DNA of 64,000 nt. Origin: Eledone cirrhosa. Taxonomy: Eukaryota. The notes under the pieces are model-generated. The model searched no databases. It saw nothing but the letters and a program-made list of their open reading frames with translations, and was not told the origin of the DNA. Below, one piece after another: positions 25,361 through 40,481 of the stretch; the first letter of the stretch is position 1, and each line of letters opens with the position of its first letter. Location: positions 247,876,001 to 247,940,000 of the forward strand of contig OZ024742.1 in assembly GCA_964016885.1 (NCBI GenBank). The letters are read 5' to 3'. Made by a program: the position numbers and the translations under genes.

Positions 25361-25711
25361 ATTATCAATCCACACCCATCTCCCGCTCCCTCTCCTACAA
25401 TCTCACCCGCGGCCACCATCTCCATATGCCACCACCTCTCCTCCTCCTCCTCCTCATCCTCCACCTTCAGTATTACTGGTCAGTCTTTCCTATGGATTCC
25501 ATCTTATTCTTAGTCTGATTTAGATTCCAAAATATCAGATACAAATAAACACAACCCCCCCACAGACCAGGCGCACTGAAATAGACACACACAAACACAT
25601 ACACACATAGACATGCGCATACACACAGACACACATGCACACAGAGACACACATACACACAAACACACACACATACATATACATAATAACACACACATAT
25701 ACCCCTCCCCC

Positions 25712-25752
<41 letters not shown>

Positions 25753-25811
25753 CATACACACACACAAACTCTTCTCTGTCTCTCTCTGTACGTATATACG
25801 TGAGTATATTT

Positions 25812-25948
25812 AGTTCGGATCTAGCTGTCGAAGCGGCCGGAGCTCAGTCGTGGGGGTCCTGAATCTTTTCATATTATCCACTCTATTACCCCAAGTATCG
25901 AGTAATCTGGTGTGTTATGGTCCACTTGGTATTTTTCCACATCCTTTT
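25812..25948 (+). mobile_element. Single-arm copy of fold-back family D (see 40231)
   Basis: Aligns with 40305-40438 including the tail. Ends in (TA)n. Confidence 0.6.
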
Positions 25949-26725
25949 ATATATATATATTGTTTGACCTGTTTAGCTTGATTTGTTTTGGGGCTTAGGT
26001 GGTTAATGCCTTCTTGACCACTTTTTCAGTTTGTATGGTCTTTTAACATATTGTTTAGCTCTAGTTTTCTTAATTATCGTAGCGCTTGCCAGCATGTCTA
26101 TGATTTTGCGTTTCGTTTCGCTCTTTCTACCAGCCGAAATACGATTCTCGCTGTATTTATATATATATATATCAAGTATGAATATTTTTGAAACAGCGAG
26201 TGGGTTTGAAATTATTAGAAATGTAAGCTATCGCCGTATTTTGACTAAAGAAATTTAAGAAATGATTTAGCCTGATAGTGGATACTATAAGTTATGTCCT
26301 TAGAATCATTTGATAAGATATATACTCAATTTCCTCTCCCTATTACCATAATCAACCACACAAAAATCCAATTAAACCAGGCTATGAGATTAAAAGGCAC
26401 CTATGATGAAATAATAGATAAATAAAAATGAGTTTGTTTCCTGATGAGTTCGAAGCTCGAGAATTTCTCCTTAATAGGATATTGCCTTAATAGGATATTT
26501 CCGAAAGCGAACGAAAACCTGAAGAGAAGAAGCGTAATCCTGGTATGTGTATATGCATTTTTTCTTCTAACTTTAATTTTATACCTAATTGTGTATGGTT
26601 GACGATATATTTAATCGATTTCCACGTGCTATTGAAATGCTGGGTAAATATTCTATGGCTGTTGATCGCGAATAGATGGGTGAAAGCAACGATTCTTTGG
26701 TTAAACTTTAATCTGTTTTGTTTAA

Positions 26726-26812
26726 TCTATATATGTATATATATATAAAACTGAGGAAGGATGTATGTATGTGTGCATGTGTGTATGTGTGTATGTGTGT
26801 ATGTGTGTATGT

Positions 26813-26844
<32 letters not shown>

Positions 26845-27427
26845 ACCCGAGAAGTACCCAACCGATCTTTTTCAAACTTTACATGTGTATTACGTATATT
26901 TCAGGGAGTGTTATGCACATAATAAAAAAATCAACTTTTTCACCCGCTAGGGCCCGCATTAGGTGAAAAACTGTGCTTTTTCCAGCTTTTTAGGGGTTTT
27001 TTGAGGCGTTACGTCAGACTGATTTCCTTGAATTTGAAATTATGTATTAGGCATTCTCTTCTTCATACCGTGAGCAAAGAAAATCCAACTTCTTTATGGC
27101 ATAGGGCCCGCATTAGGGAAAAACTTAATTTTTTAAAGCTTTTTAAGGATTTTTTTGAGGCGTTACGTCAACCCGATTTTCCCGAAATTTCAAGGCATAT
27201 TATGTACATAAAACAAATTCATTTTCTTGATCCCCTAGGGCCCGCATTATATGAAAACCTGCCTTTTTCCTGCTTTATCGAGGAAAATCTTAGATTATCC
27301 AGCCATCAGGTTATTCGGTTTATTTTCTTTACATATTGTCCAGGCATGAAGTTTTTCCACGATTAGGGCTGTTGGCGGCCCGCGTTCTAAAATACCTTAT
27401 CCCGTGCAACGCCGGGTACCACTGCTA

Positions 27428-27428
<1 letters not shown>
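26726..27428 (+). mobile_element. Non-autonomous Helitron
   Basis: A|TC start, internal (GT)n, subterminal hairpin CCCGTGCAACGCCGGG, CTAG|T end, no TSD. Homologous to 5074..5913. Confidence 0.82.
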
Positions 27429-27504
<76 letters not shown>

Positions 27505-27795
27505 TGCCTCAGCACTGTGTATTTTTCAGTGAATTGAATATCTAGTGTTAAAAGTGTGGATTATCAACGATATATGTAGGTTAGTAGCGGAACATGTAGA
27601 CTGTTTATATTGCATTTGTGAAACACGTGGCACGCTTGATTACGAATCATTTTCTAAACTAATGCTGACCAATACATATAATCTCTTTCATCTCAATTCT
27701 CAAACCAATTTCTCATATCCAACGACTGAAACTTCGGAATAGTGACTATGGGTATGTCTGATATCTCATTTAGTATACAAACATACGCGCGCGCG

Positions 27796-27834
<39 letters not shown>

Positions 27835-27887
27835 ACTCTGATACACAGAGTAACACAAGTATATGCACACCCACACATATACATAAT

Positions 27888-28076
27888 CATTGTTTCTACT
27901 TTTGGAACAAGGCCCGCAAATACCCAGTACATTACTGGTACTTTCTTTTATCGACCCCGTAAGGATGAAAGGCAAAGTTAACCTCGGCGGGATTTGAACT
28001 CAGATCATAAAGGAACGTAACTCTATGCTTTAAAGCATGGTGTCCGACTCTCTACCGATACTGCCAATCCACCGCC
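27888..28076 (-). mobile_element. Meta-domain SINE
   Basis: Full match to the other copies. Confidence 0.88.
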
Positions 28077-28802
28077 ATATTAATAATAACCGCTTCTATT
28101 CAGTCAAACGGATAACTCCATCAAACACGCTCACACCCACCCTAATACTTATAAATATACACATACACATATACACACCCTTACGTGTACGCACATAATG
28201 ACACTTACACACTAACATAGAGAAATGATAAAATTATCGATAATCACACTCCCGAAATGTGCACACACAAACAGTACAAATATAGACGCGTAGTCTCCGC
28301 TTTGGTCCCCACCATCACACAATGGACCATATGCCTGCCCACTCAGCTATTCGGATAAACCTTTGTTTCGCTCTCAATTTTTTCCCAATTTACCAAACTC
28401 TTCTTTCTCCGAACTTTCCTGATGAAGGACTAACATCAGTTAAATTGTGTCATTCATTTTCCATCAAGTGTGAAACTAATAAGATGTTATATAGAGAGAT
28501 AGAAAGTAGGCTTTATTCATAAACAACGAGCGGAGTTTGAAAATAGGTAGTAACATGTGCTTACGCTGTTTTTGACTAAATAACATTAGTCTGTTAGTCA
28601 GGATTTTACAAAACCCCCTGAGTGGAAAAAGGATGAGTATTGACGTACATGGGATACGATCCCACATCATTGTTTTACCGGACCAATGTGATACCTGATT
28701 TTATTCAGACAAATAAGGCGTAAGCATATATTAGGAACTATTTTAATAAGATTTTGTATTATTGTATCACTGTGTTCGCCTTCTTTATGTTAAAATTTAT
28801 CT

Positions 28803-28887
<85 letters not shown>

Positions 28888-28894
<7 letters not shown>

Positions 28895-29235
28895 GTGAGG
28901 TTTTTTTTACAAAATGAAAAATAACCGAGGTGTCCTACACGAGTGAAAGTATAAAGAAAGAGATGAAATCGAAAATGCAACTGAAGTCTTATTTTTTTTA
29001 AATATATATTTATTTGGTTCCTTTACCGGTTTCGCAGTTCTTCTGCTTTTCAAAAGGTGAGTTGAGATGGAGGGTCTGTGGTTTTTCTCGTGAGAAAAAC
29101 CACAGACCCTCCATCTCAACTCACCTTTTGAAAAGCAGAAGAACTGCGAAACCGGTAAAGGAACCAAATAAATATATATATTTAAAAAAAAAGAAAAATA
29201 AGACTTCAGTTGCATTTTCGATTTCATCTCTTTTT

Positions 29236-29240
<5 letters not shown>
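28888..29240. mobile_element. Asymmetric fold-back element family B between (TA)n tracts
   Basis: Arms of ~140 bp (28951-29089 / 29092-29240) are nearly perfectly inverted. ~60-bp unpaired tail on the left. Each arm has CGAAACCGGTA (3' half of a minimal hammerhead). Second copy at 61592..61975. Confidence 0.8.
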
Positions 29241-29306
<66 letters not shown>

Positions 29307-31634
29307 TCTCTTATTAGCTCAGATCAAATGTCTAAGCCAACAATTTCTGCTTTCGTCCTTTTACAGAATCTTCAGATTACATATTGTATGTGTATGTGCG
29401 TGCACGTGCACGTGTTTATAGCCTTACTATATCTTTCTCAGTCGCCTCTTCACTCTTACTCCTGATATAATCTATAATTATCAATCTAATAGAATTACAT
29501 ACACAATTAGTATCTACAAAATATCCCACAATAGCGTATTTCTATTTCTATCCTCTATGAAGATTATTTACAATTATCCACAATCAATATCAATATTATT
29601 ATGTTAATTATCACACAATATCCCAGTTGTTATTACTATACTATATTCGTGATATGTCTTAGTATCCATACAATATTGATATCAACATAAGTATTTCTCA
29701 ATAGTGATTTAAAAAAAAAAGGATAGAAATTGAGATATGGGATAATGTTTTTAACATTGATACTAATAGTTATGGTACATTTGTCCATTCTGTTTCTTTG
29801 AATTTATACACGACATGTGGATTCTGAAGCATGTTTCCAGTGGATAGGATTGTGAATTTTTTACGTCAGAAGATATTGAGGGAGATGGGGTAAAAGAAAC
29901 TAGAGGAGTTCATTCTTGTTTCAGACGACACCGTCCCAATAGCACTATGTAGAACCTCGGTTCAGTGACCGCAGACAGTAGATGTTTCCAAGACTAAAGG
30001 TTGAAAAAGGAGCTAGACATGACCAACACGATCTCAATGAGTAGGGGACGTAAATCAGGAACCAGTGCATCGTATATTCACCAAGGTTTCGAAGATGACC
30101 CTATCCGATAGTGGCCAGTAGTTTGACAGCTTGTAATCCTCAGCATGTTATTGCTACTCTGCATCTGATATTCACTTCCCTCTACATTCAAATTAATATC
30201 AACATTGATGATTAAATAATTTACTAGAGATTAATGCCGTTATATTTCTAAATAATATTCCTCTCCCATTAACCATATAATTACTGTCACACCAGTGATT
30301 ATTGTATAAATCTTCTAGCAAATAATAGTGTAGTATTTCGATCTGATATCCAATAATATCCAACTACAATTAATGTTACCACATTGTGGTCACTTTTACA
30401 TATGAATATCCACTACTATCTGCTAACAGTTACTCAAAATGCGAGAAATATTAGCCTAACCCTCATCTGATTACACACACCATCTCCTTACCTAAAATAT
30501 GAAATTCACATTAGATGACATAGTTGTATAATTCAAAATAACATGTGATCTTTTCAGATGCAGCATCTATCACCAAACTCCATTAGAGAGAGAATCTACG
30601 ATGCAAGGAATTCATGAAGTGACCATATTGTATTATAGAAGTAGTTATTTAATGTGTTCATTTTCATTTAAGTAGCTAAGATTGATTTAATGATGGTTCA
30701 GGGGATATTTCTTGCAAAACACAATATCATGTAGGTATAGGTCAGATATATCATCATTTGGTAAAGCATAAAGGAAGGTTGTAGCATTAAAGAGAGCGAT
30801 GTATTATTGCGTATCACTTCATAAAAAAGATATATCTGAAACGTTTTTCTCGTATCTTGAGATTGATAGAGCCGGAAATTATTCCGATTTTATGTGGTAT
30901 TAAAAGACTGAGAGTACGAAATTTCGTCGCATCCTGACTGCAGTCTGTCGAAAGGCGTGCTATCTGCAGGTAGTGGTTCTGGTTCTAGTATTCAATTTTT
31001 TCAGCCGAGTTGACTGGGGCATATTTAAATCAAGTGCCTTAATCAAAAGCACAACACTCTATCCATTCTAGGCATAACATCGAACTTTTGGTCTTAAGAT
31101 TGAGAAGTCAGCACTTTAAACAGGAGGTTACACCATTTCTTAGAAAAAAATTCTTCGAAATAAATAAACTACCAGATGGTATTAAACCCATCAATTTTTG
31201 GCAACATAATGGGAATATCAGAGAATATTCCAAAGACAGGACAGTTTACCACAGAATTAGTTATCTTCCTCCACCCCAACGCAAAAAAACAGTCGAACAA
31301 TTTTCCAAACTAATTGAATTCTTCTGAGATAGCCATAAGCATCGGCAGAATCGAAGCTCGATTTGCTAATGTTTGGTAATGGTTTCTCTTGTAGACCGAT
31401 TTCGCTCCATCGTTTCAAGAACAATGATTGTCAAGGAGATTGTGCCAAATATAGGTATTAAGCACCAATGTAAAATAAATAGATGAATCAATATAAAACA
31501 AAAATAGCTAAGCAAGGATAAAATAAACAGAAAAAAAACACAAGTAAATGTTATATGATACCTAAGGTAAGGCTATACTTATACGAGTGCATTCACATTA
31601 CACACACACACACACACACAAAAACACACATGTA

Positions 31635-31668
<34 letters not shown>

Positions 31669-31716
31669 CATAGAAATATGTATTTATACGAATACTTTCA
31701 AATTATATATGTATGT

Positions 31717-31758
<42 letters not shown>

Positions 31759-31856
31759 TATATATAATATATTTGTGCGAGTGTATCAGATTATATGTTC
31801 ATACAATCATACATACGTTCATATCTGTGTGTCTGTGTGAGAGCATATATATATAC

Positions 31857-31907
<51 letters not shown>

Positions 31908-32253
31908 TGTGTGTAATGTATGTATGTATATATATATATATATGTGTATGTGTGCGTGTATTTATGTGTGTGTGTGTGTATCTATGTGTCTGCGTGTGTA
32001 AGGGTGTATATATGTGTATGTGTGCCTGTATATGAGAAGTTGTTGAGATAAAAATAAGCTATTGAAAATACGGTGTCCCTCTCTTCAATCCGAGTTTCAC
32101 ACTATCACATATATATATATATATATGTATATAATTGTGCATAGGTATACACACACGTATATATATATATATATAAAGACATATATATATACTTCTATAC
32201 ATACACTCATATAAATATATATATATATATATTTATATATATATTTATATATA

Positions 32254-32320
<67 letters not shown>

Positions 32321-33552
32321 GGGGCGACGTTGTGTATGTGTATGTTTGTGTTCGTACCTGTGTGCATGTCTGTTTGGGTGTGATTATATGCAGCATAGAG
32401 GATCTGTTTCTTAATCTTTATCTACGTGTGGCTACGCATATGTGTATATGTGTTTAATATGTACGTATATTGTGTATTTCGTATTATATGTATCAGTATA
32501 TACACTCTCTTCATTTGGGCAATCGTGAATATAACATATATTTATTTATATTTGGGTGTGTAAAATAGAGAGAGGGAAAGAGAAGAGAGAAAGAAAGAAT
32601 CGACGAAGGAGTGAAATACCGAGAAATATTGAGAAATATTGAGAGAGAAATACTGACAGAGAAATGTTAGGAGAGAGAGAGAGGGGGTGATTGGGGGGGG
32701 GGGAGTGGGAGAGAGGGAGTAATAGAGATAATGAGAGAGAGTGGGAAAGAGAGAGAGAGAGGGAATGAGAGAGAGAGAGAGTGTGTGTGAGAGAGAGACA
32801 GGCAGAGTGAGAGAGAGAGAAAGAAAACTTCTTCTTTAAGCTATCTTACATTCGAAGTTACACACTCCCATATTTAACGCACGAGCGCATACATATAAAT
32901 ATATACATACCTACTGGCTCATACAAAATATATATGTTATACTATAATAAAATATATGCATATGTATTACTGGGTTGCTTTTGCGTATATATCTCTATAT
33001 ACATACACACCTGCACACGCATATATATTATATGTGTGTGTGTTAGTGTGTGTGTGTGACTGTGTGTATGTGAGTGTGTGTGCATGTACATTTGCGTATA
33101 TACACAGAAATAGGTATTGTATCCACATCAACTACAGGCCAGCTATGTGAAATCCCCCATTCATATAAGTATGTATTCTTCACTAAAAACACAATTATTT
33201 TTCTAATTACTTTAATGTTCCATATTCTTTATTCTACCCTTGAGGCAAATATCTCTAGAATATTGGTACTTGATTGTGTTGTCATCTGGGCTGACTATTT
33301 TCTGAAGCAGAGAGCATCTGATTTTGCTGGTTAACAGCTCATATTGAGCTACTTGTGGTAAAAAAATATCAGTCAACAATTTTGTAGTTGTAGGTTCCAT
33401 TCCAATGCATAATCTTTCATCCTTCAACAATTGTTAAGGATTGTGAGTGGCATAGATGTTAGAATATTGGCCTTACTATCGCAAAGACATAGTTTCGATC
33501 ATACACACACACACACACACACACACATATGTATATATATATGTATATATAT

Positions 33553-33586
<34 letters not shown>

Positions 33587-33591
<5 letters not shown>

Positions 33592-33715
33592 AAGGAATTG
33601 TGGTAAGGAACCAGATGGACCATAACACACCAGAGTCTCAATACTTAGGGTAGTAAAGTAGGAAATAGCCGTCGAAACGTCTTGAGTTCTGCCGTAGGGG
33701 TCATACTTTTTCCTA
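33587..33715. mobile_element. Family D variant: inverted tail plus one arm, between (TA)n
   Basis: 33587-33660 is the reverse complement of the 40360-40438 tail. 33661-33715 matches the arm TAGCCGTCGAAACG.CTTGAG. Confidence 0.65.
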
Positions 33716-34990
33716 TATATATATCCAGGGAGGGTAACGTGAAGTTACTGGAGGTTCACCTAGGTGAGCACTTGATGTTTAGGTTCACGAGGTGTAGAGC
33801 TAGACAGAGTGTAATATAATGATAGTGTGTGTGTTTGTGCGTAGAACAATAAAAAATAAAAGTCTTGTATATGTAGATAGATAGTTCGGTCACACTGAGG
33901 AATCTCACAGCAACCATCTTTCCAAGGACACATTGAGTTCTAACAATGTTATCAATCCCGCCACAACCAGGTGGCTTACAATATATATATATATATATAC
34001 TGTGCGGCATAGAGGTACGTCCCTTCACGGTCTGAGTTCAAATCCCACCGAGGTTAATTTTGCCTTAAGGGGTCGATAAAATAATGTACCAGTAATGCAC
34101 TCGAATAATCGCTGACCTTGTGTCAAAAGTAGATATAATTATATATATACATATATATTTGCAACTCGAGTAAGATAACGGAATGTAGTTAGGCAGAAAA
34201 TGATACTTTCGGGTTTAGTTTGAAGGCAGATTTTATAAACATCGTCCGTTTTAATGCAAAAAAAACCTGTCCCTTGGAGAGTTTTTGTAGAGTCCTCTCA
34301 GTAGTAAGCATTTGAACCATGTTTCCGATTTAAATACACCATTTCTGTGAGGCTCCACAACAAAAGAGCAAAGTGTTTGCTGTTCTACTTGTAAAACATA
34401 TAAAATATATAAAAGCAAAACTTTACATTGAACCAATAATATACCAAAATCTGGACATGGATAACTGGTTGAATTTGTTAACGCGTTTTCTGAGGATGAG
34501 TGGTATCAAATGAAAGGAAGATAAGCGAGTGTGTGTATTAACGGGAAATGAGGCAGATGTTGGGGAAGTCATATTTATGCCTCACAGGACTGAAGCATTC
34601 AGTAGCAAACACTATTCTGATGATAATTTATATCTTTCCACTTTCCATTCTGAAAGATCCTCTGCGCCAAACATATATGCTGCTTTTTCACTTGTGATAA
34701 ACCTTTATTTTGAAACATACAATATGACCAAGAGTGCCTATTAAGATTTTTCCAAAATATATTAAAATTGTAAACCTAGAATCTCATTAGGGGATTTTTC
34801 TTTCATACGGAGGTCACCCACCTCCCACTTTCAAGCACACCAACAACCTCAACCTACAATTATCATTCAACAATGGCAGTAGTGTACGGTAAGTTCACAC
34901 ACACACACACACACAAACAAACATACACACACACAGACACACATATATATACATATATCTATATACGCACATATATATATATATATGAAT

Positions 34991-35035
<45 letters not shown>

Positions 35036-35071
35036 CAAAACGCTAGCACCAACAGTTTTGTTAGAGATGTC

Positions 35072-35285
35072 AACATGAATGGACCTGTTATTTTTATCTA
35101 AAGAGATGTTTTCCAATTCCAACCCGCCCATCCCCTCTATCTATGTTATTTCTCATTCTTTCTTCTGATGAAGGACTAGCGTCCGAAACGTTAAGACACT
35201 CTTCCTGATATATCAAATCTTAACCTAATATATACCTTCTATATACTGTAACGCTTGTGTTGTTTTTTCTGTTTACCTTTTCCAT
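35072..35285 (+). mobile_element. ~210-bp hammerhead-containing repeat (Penelope pLTR-like); second copy 43073..43283
   Basis: The two copies align from AACATGAATGGACCTGTTATTTTTATCTAAAG to TTTACCTTTT, followed by microsatellite. Confidence 0.7.
35161..35196 (+). ncRNA. Minimal type I hammerhead ribozyme motif
   Basis: TCTT-CTGATGA-AGGAC TAGC GTCC-GAAA-CG-TT-AAGA: stem I TCTT/AAGA, intact core, stem II GGAC/GTCC, palindromic AACGTT in place of stem III. Confidence 0.75.
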
Positions 35286-35288
35286 ACA

Positions 35289-35324
<36 letters not shown>

Positions 35325-35355
35325 TATATATAACTGTATACATATATATATATAT

Positions 35356-35579
35356 ACAGTGAAAATTTCAAACTTGAGTGTCACCACATATTATGAACCT
35401 GAAGATTGCGAAAGCATGAAAGTACCTGTTCAATTAACACTTAACATTTAATATACTACCATACTATTTCATTATAATACCATTATACATTTTAAAGGAT
35501 TGTAAATAAAACGAGTAAATCAGACAAAGTTGGAATTCCTTTTATTAATATAATCTTCTATACACAATCATACACACCC

Positions 35580-35580
<1 letters not shown>
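35356..35580 (+). mobile_element. Single-arm copy of fold-back family F (see 62325) between (TA)n
   Basis: Matches 62560-62752 plus the tail AATCTTCTATACACAATCATACACACCCG. Confidence 0.75.
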
Positions 35581-35650
<70 letters not shown>

Positions 35651-35743
35651 AATATATATATATACATATATATATACATATATATATATATACACATATA
35701 TATATATATATATATACATATATATATGTACATACCCCCACAC

Positions 35744-35909
<166 letters not shown>

Positions 35910-36188
35910 GGAGATAGAGAGAGAGAGAGAGAGAGCGAGAGAGACATGTTTGCCAACCTACATATATATATATATACAAACAAAGCATCATCTACACATA
36001 CACCAAACACGTGGATACGCAACAATACACATTCTGTAGTTCCTAATCACTGGTGTATGTAACTTAAGACGTAACACAGTTTCCAGTTAAAAACATGATT
36101 GGTGATTACCAGTTGCGGATATTTGTCTTTCTATGTTGGCGTTACTGAAGTTGCTGTGACAATTACTGTGATTCCTCCATGGATATAA

Positions 36189-36288
<100 letters not shown>

Positions 36289-36508
36289 CGCACATACACA
36301 CGCACACACCTACATATATATATATATATATATAATGTAGGAGGTGAGTTTTATTGTAGTAGAATAAAGCAATGTAGTACAATAAAGCAATCCTTTAACC
36401 ATCTTTGGATCTTATATCTTATATATTTATATATATAAAGATATATATACACATACATATATATGTACATATATACATACATATGATGCATACCTACATA
36501 ACTGTATG

Positions 36509-36687
<179 letters not shown>

Positions 36688-36692
36688 ATATA

Positions 36693-36736
<44 letters not shown>

Positions 36737-37064
36737 ACTTTATTATATATATACATATATATATATACATCTTTATTTGTTAATGTACACTTTCTTAGAC
36801 ATTAAACGACTAAATGTGTGTATAACGATGTATAATTGAATTGTCTTACGTGTAGGAGTAAAAGTGTGTCACGTGTGAGAGTATATGCCTATGTGTTTGT
36901 GTGTATATTAGTGTGTGCGCCCGTCATTGTTTCTCTCTCTGTGTATCTATGTATCTGTATACGATTGTCTATAAATATCTAAATGTATGTTTGCACATTC
37001 AATTTGCATTGACCTGAAAGCAATAACAGTGAAACTACAGTGAATTAGACGATGCATTAACTAG

Positions 37065-37096
<32 letters not shown>

Positions 37097-37328
37097 ACAC
37101 AAGCCGCATACACATGGACGTACGAACACATGCGCACACTCACGCACAGAACACACACACATACTGTACTCTGGATAAGTGTGTGTTTATGTGTGATCGT
37201 GCGAATTATGCTTACCATTGTAAAAGGTTCCTACATTAGTTTCCAAATTCTATCTATTTTCACTTATTACGAAGATGCAATCTAAACGTATGTTCCGTAT
37301 ACATATATACATATATACAAATATACAT

Positions 37329-37371
<43 letters not shown>

Positions 37372-37383
37372 AACATATAATAA

Positions 37384-37415
<32 letters not shown>

Positions 37416-37449
37416 TTATTATATGTGTATGTATATATATATATATATA

Positions 37450-37491
<42 letters not shown>

Positions 37492-37504
37492 CACATATAA
37501 TAAG

Positions 37505-37537
<33 letters not shown>

Positions 37538-38313
37538 AGTTGAATAAGCTGACAAGGACGATTGGTTACTCCTTCATTACGTTTATTGTTTGGTGATGCG
37601 CGTTTCGCCACTGACCAGCTGACGAACTGCGGGTTACGGAGTCAGGTCAGATCGATACAGATCGAACGTTGAGCTGGTCAGTGGCGAAACGCGCGTCACC
37701 AAACTATCTAAACTATAATAAAGGAAGGTCTGCGGGATTGCGTACGGTTTTTTTAATTTTTTATCACGTTTGTAAAATAAGTTGAATTACTTTGAATAAA
37801 TAATGAATGAGTTATATAATTTATCTACTAAATTTCGTGGCTGTTGATTAAATATATTTTGTTTATTTAAAGATTCACTTCTTTAAAATTTCTGAAATGT
37901 CGACACTTTCGGTTGACCATCGCTTAAATAAACATATTAATATTCTCCTAATGCAGTTCATATATAATATCGTCTTTTTTAAAGTATCGTGATTACGTTA
38001 CTGATTAAATAAGACAGTGTAACGCAGTCTTCGTTCAATTCCTATGTATATTGTCAATAATGATTTTATTTGATGTATCAAATCTACATGTATATATACT
38101 TGCGTAAAATATCAATATACACAATTCACATGCTAGCAGAAAACCCCCGAAGGGTGGTTTTTCTGCTAGTAAACGAAATGAAGGAGTAACCGATCCTCCT
38201 TGTTATCTTATTTAACTATAATACACTCTGTCTAGCTCTACACCTCGACACTGAAGTGAACCTAAACATCGAGTCCTCACCCGGGTGAACCTACAGTAAC
38301 TCCAAGTTACACT

Positions 38314-38315
<2 letters not shown>
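37538..38315 (+). mobile_element. Penelope pLTR-like element with internally deleted inverted 5' arm (family G)
   Basis: 37588-37620 is inverted at 37672-37704 (contains CGAAACGCGCGTC). 37541-37585 is inverted at 38170-38212. ~100-bp tail 38215-38315, also found inverted at 33725-33820. Flanked by (TA)n. Confidence 0.65.
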
Positions 38316-38374
<59 letters not shown>

Positions 38375-38377
<3 letters not shown>

Positions 38378-39065
38378 ACCGACAAAAACATAACAGTATG
38401 GATAGAAACTAAGGAAGGAAACCTCGGCAATTTTAGAATTAAGGAAGCACTGATTATAGACAAAACACAACCACCAATCAATAATAGACTAGACCTCAAC
38501 ACCCAATTTATAACTTGATAGAGCACCTAGCCCAACTCTTACACCCCCTCTCACACACACGCACATGCACACACACAGGCAAACACACACACACTCTTAC
38601 ACCTCCACTTATTCTCTCTCACACACACACATACACATAAAAAGGCCAGATATAACATGATAGAGCACCTAGCCCCCACGTTTACGTATAGATATATCTT
38701 CTCACACTCACACTCCCCACACACACACAAGCACAGGCATACTTACGCCTTCACGTTTTCTCCCAGTCTTAAACATACAAAAAGCCTTTTAAAGGGAGAC
38801 TACTCTTTATCCACTTAACCTTCACTCTTTGACATTATAGATAGAATGGAATGTCTACACCATTTCCTGTCATTATGACTTGGCAAGCTAACTAGAACAT
38901 TGGGTTTAACCCCTTTACTTCCCTCGGAATAAGAGATATTATCTCGAAATTTATGGATATTTAAATAAATTTAAGGTAATAGATTAATTATCAACAATAT
39001 CTTTTGCATTTGCATTTATATACTATATCCATACCTGCATTGTCCTTGGTCTAACAACTACAAAC

Positions 39066-39070
<5 letters not shown>
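38375..39070 (+). mobile_element. 5'-truncated Penelope-like element: end of GIY-YIG ORF plus 3' region
   Basis: Translates ...FRIKEALIIDKTQPPINNR, comparable to RQITEAINIKELQPKLNR in 63184..63999. Decayed hammerhead-like GAGAT-ATT-ATCTC-GAAA near 38933-38949. (TA)n on both sides. Confidence 0.6.
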
Positions 39071-39136
<66 letters not shown>

Positions 39137-39143
<7 letters not shown>

Positions 39144-39358
39144 TAAAATAACAGATTAAAGTTTGAGCAAAGAATCGCTGCTTTCACACTTAACGGGATC
39201 TTTTGAAGATCCCGTTAAGGGTGAAAGCAGCGATTCTTTGCTTAAACTTTAATCTGTTATTTTAATAAATATTTGCTCTACGGTTCTTATATATTTGATA
39301 TATATTTATCCTTATCGAGCCCTCTTTGGATTTTAGTCTTCATATTTATTATTATTAC
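39137..39358. mobile_element. Asymmetric fold-back element family C
   Basis: ~65-bp arms around a 3-nt loop at 39203-39205. The right arm begins TGAAGA-TCCC GTTAA GGGT-GAAAGC (hammerhead-like). ~85-bp tail. Related sequence at 26678-26725. Confidence 0.72.
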
Positions 39359-39414
<56 letters not shown>

Positions 39415-39422
39415 CACACACA

Positions 39423-39494
<72 letters not shown>

Positions 39495-39544
39495 TATATG
39501 TATATATAAATATCTCTCTGTGTGTGTGTGTGTATATAATTAAT

Positions 39545-39840
39545 AATTGTTTCTACTTTTGGCACCGGGCCAGCAATTATCCCAGTGCATGACTGGTACT
39601 TTATTTTATCGACCCCGTAAGGAAGAAAGGCAAAGTTAACCTCGGCGGATTTGAACTATATATAATTAATAATTGTTTCTACTTTTGGAACAAGACCAGC
39701 AATTACCCCAGTGCATTACTGGTACTTTATTTTATCGATGAAAGGCACAATTAACTTCAGCGGGATTTGAACTCAGACCGTAAAGGGGCGTAATTCTACA
39801 AAGCATGGTTTACAACTCTCTACCGATACTGCCAATCCAC
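39545..39840 (-). mobile_element. Two tandem Meta-domain SINE copies (one 5'-truncated)
   Basis: Match to the SINE consensus at 39545-39657 and 39668-39840. Confidence 0.85.
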
Positions 39841-40173
39841 AAATTTATTCATGTCTGACGCGCGTTTCGCGATTGATTAGCTCAAGATTCGACGTCTATA
39901 TACACTTAGAATAAGGAAATAGAAAGTAGTTTAGATGTTAGAGTCTTTTATCGATAAGGCCGTGATTCATATTTTGATGACGGCAGTTGCCACGTGATTC
40001 CTCTTAGTACTTAGTACTTAGTGCCATTGGGTATATATCATGACCTTACCAATAATGATCTCTAACATATAAACTACTTTGTATTTCCTTACTCTAAAAA
40101 TACTCCGTCATTCCTATGTTGAAAAATGTACGTTGAGTTCTCGAATTGAATTACATCAAAGTTTAACGTATAT

Positions 40174-40230
<57 letters not shown>

Positions 40231-40236
<6 letters not shown>

Positions 40237-40436
40237 AACGAGTAGAACCCCGACGGCTGAGCTCAAGCCGTTTCGACGGCTAATTCTAGATTAATTTAGT
40301 CCAGAATTAGCCGTCGAAACGGCTTGAGCTCAGCCGTCGTCGGGTCCTACTCGTTCCTATTAGCCACTCTACTACCCTAAGTATTGAGTACTTTGGTACG
40401 TTATGGTCCACCCGGTTCCTTACCATATTTCCTTCG

Positions 40437-40481
<45 letters not shown>

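Noticed and set aside
26436-26545. Hammerhead candidate CTGATGA-GTTCG…CGAAC-GAAA
   Set aside because: Core and stem II are present, but I could not assign convincing stems I and III. Probably a decayed PLE end.
28951-29240. Interpreting the hairpins as pre-miRNAs or classical MITEs
   Set aside because: One-sided tails, single-arm variants and hammerhead half-motifs fit PLE inverted ends better. No symmetric termini with a fixed TSD could be shown.
29400-31500. Non-repetitive-looking AT-rich stretch as possible host exons or DNA transposon
   Set aside because: No long ORF, recognisable motif or termini. Cannot be classified without a database search. The same applies to 33100-33500, 34200-34800 and 44600-44990.
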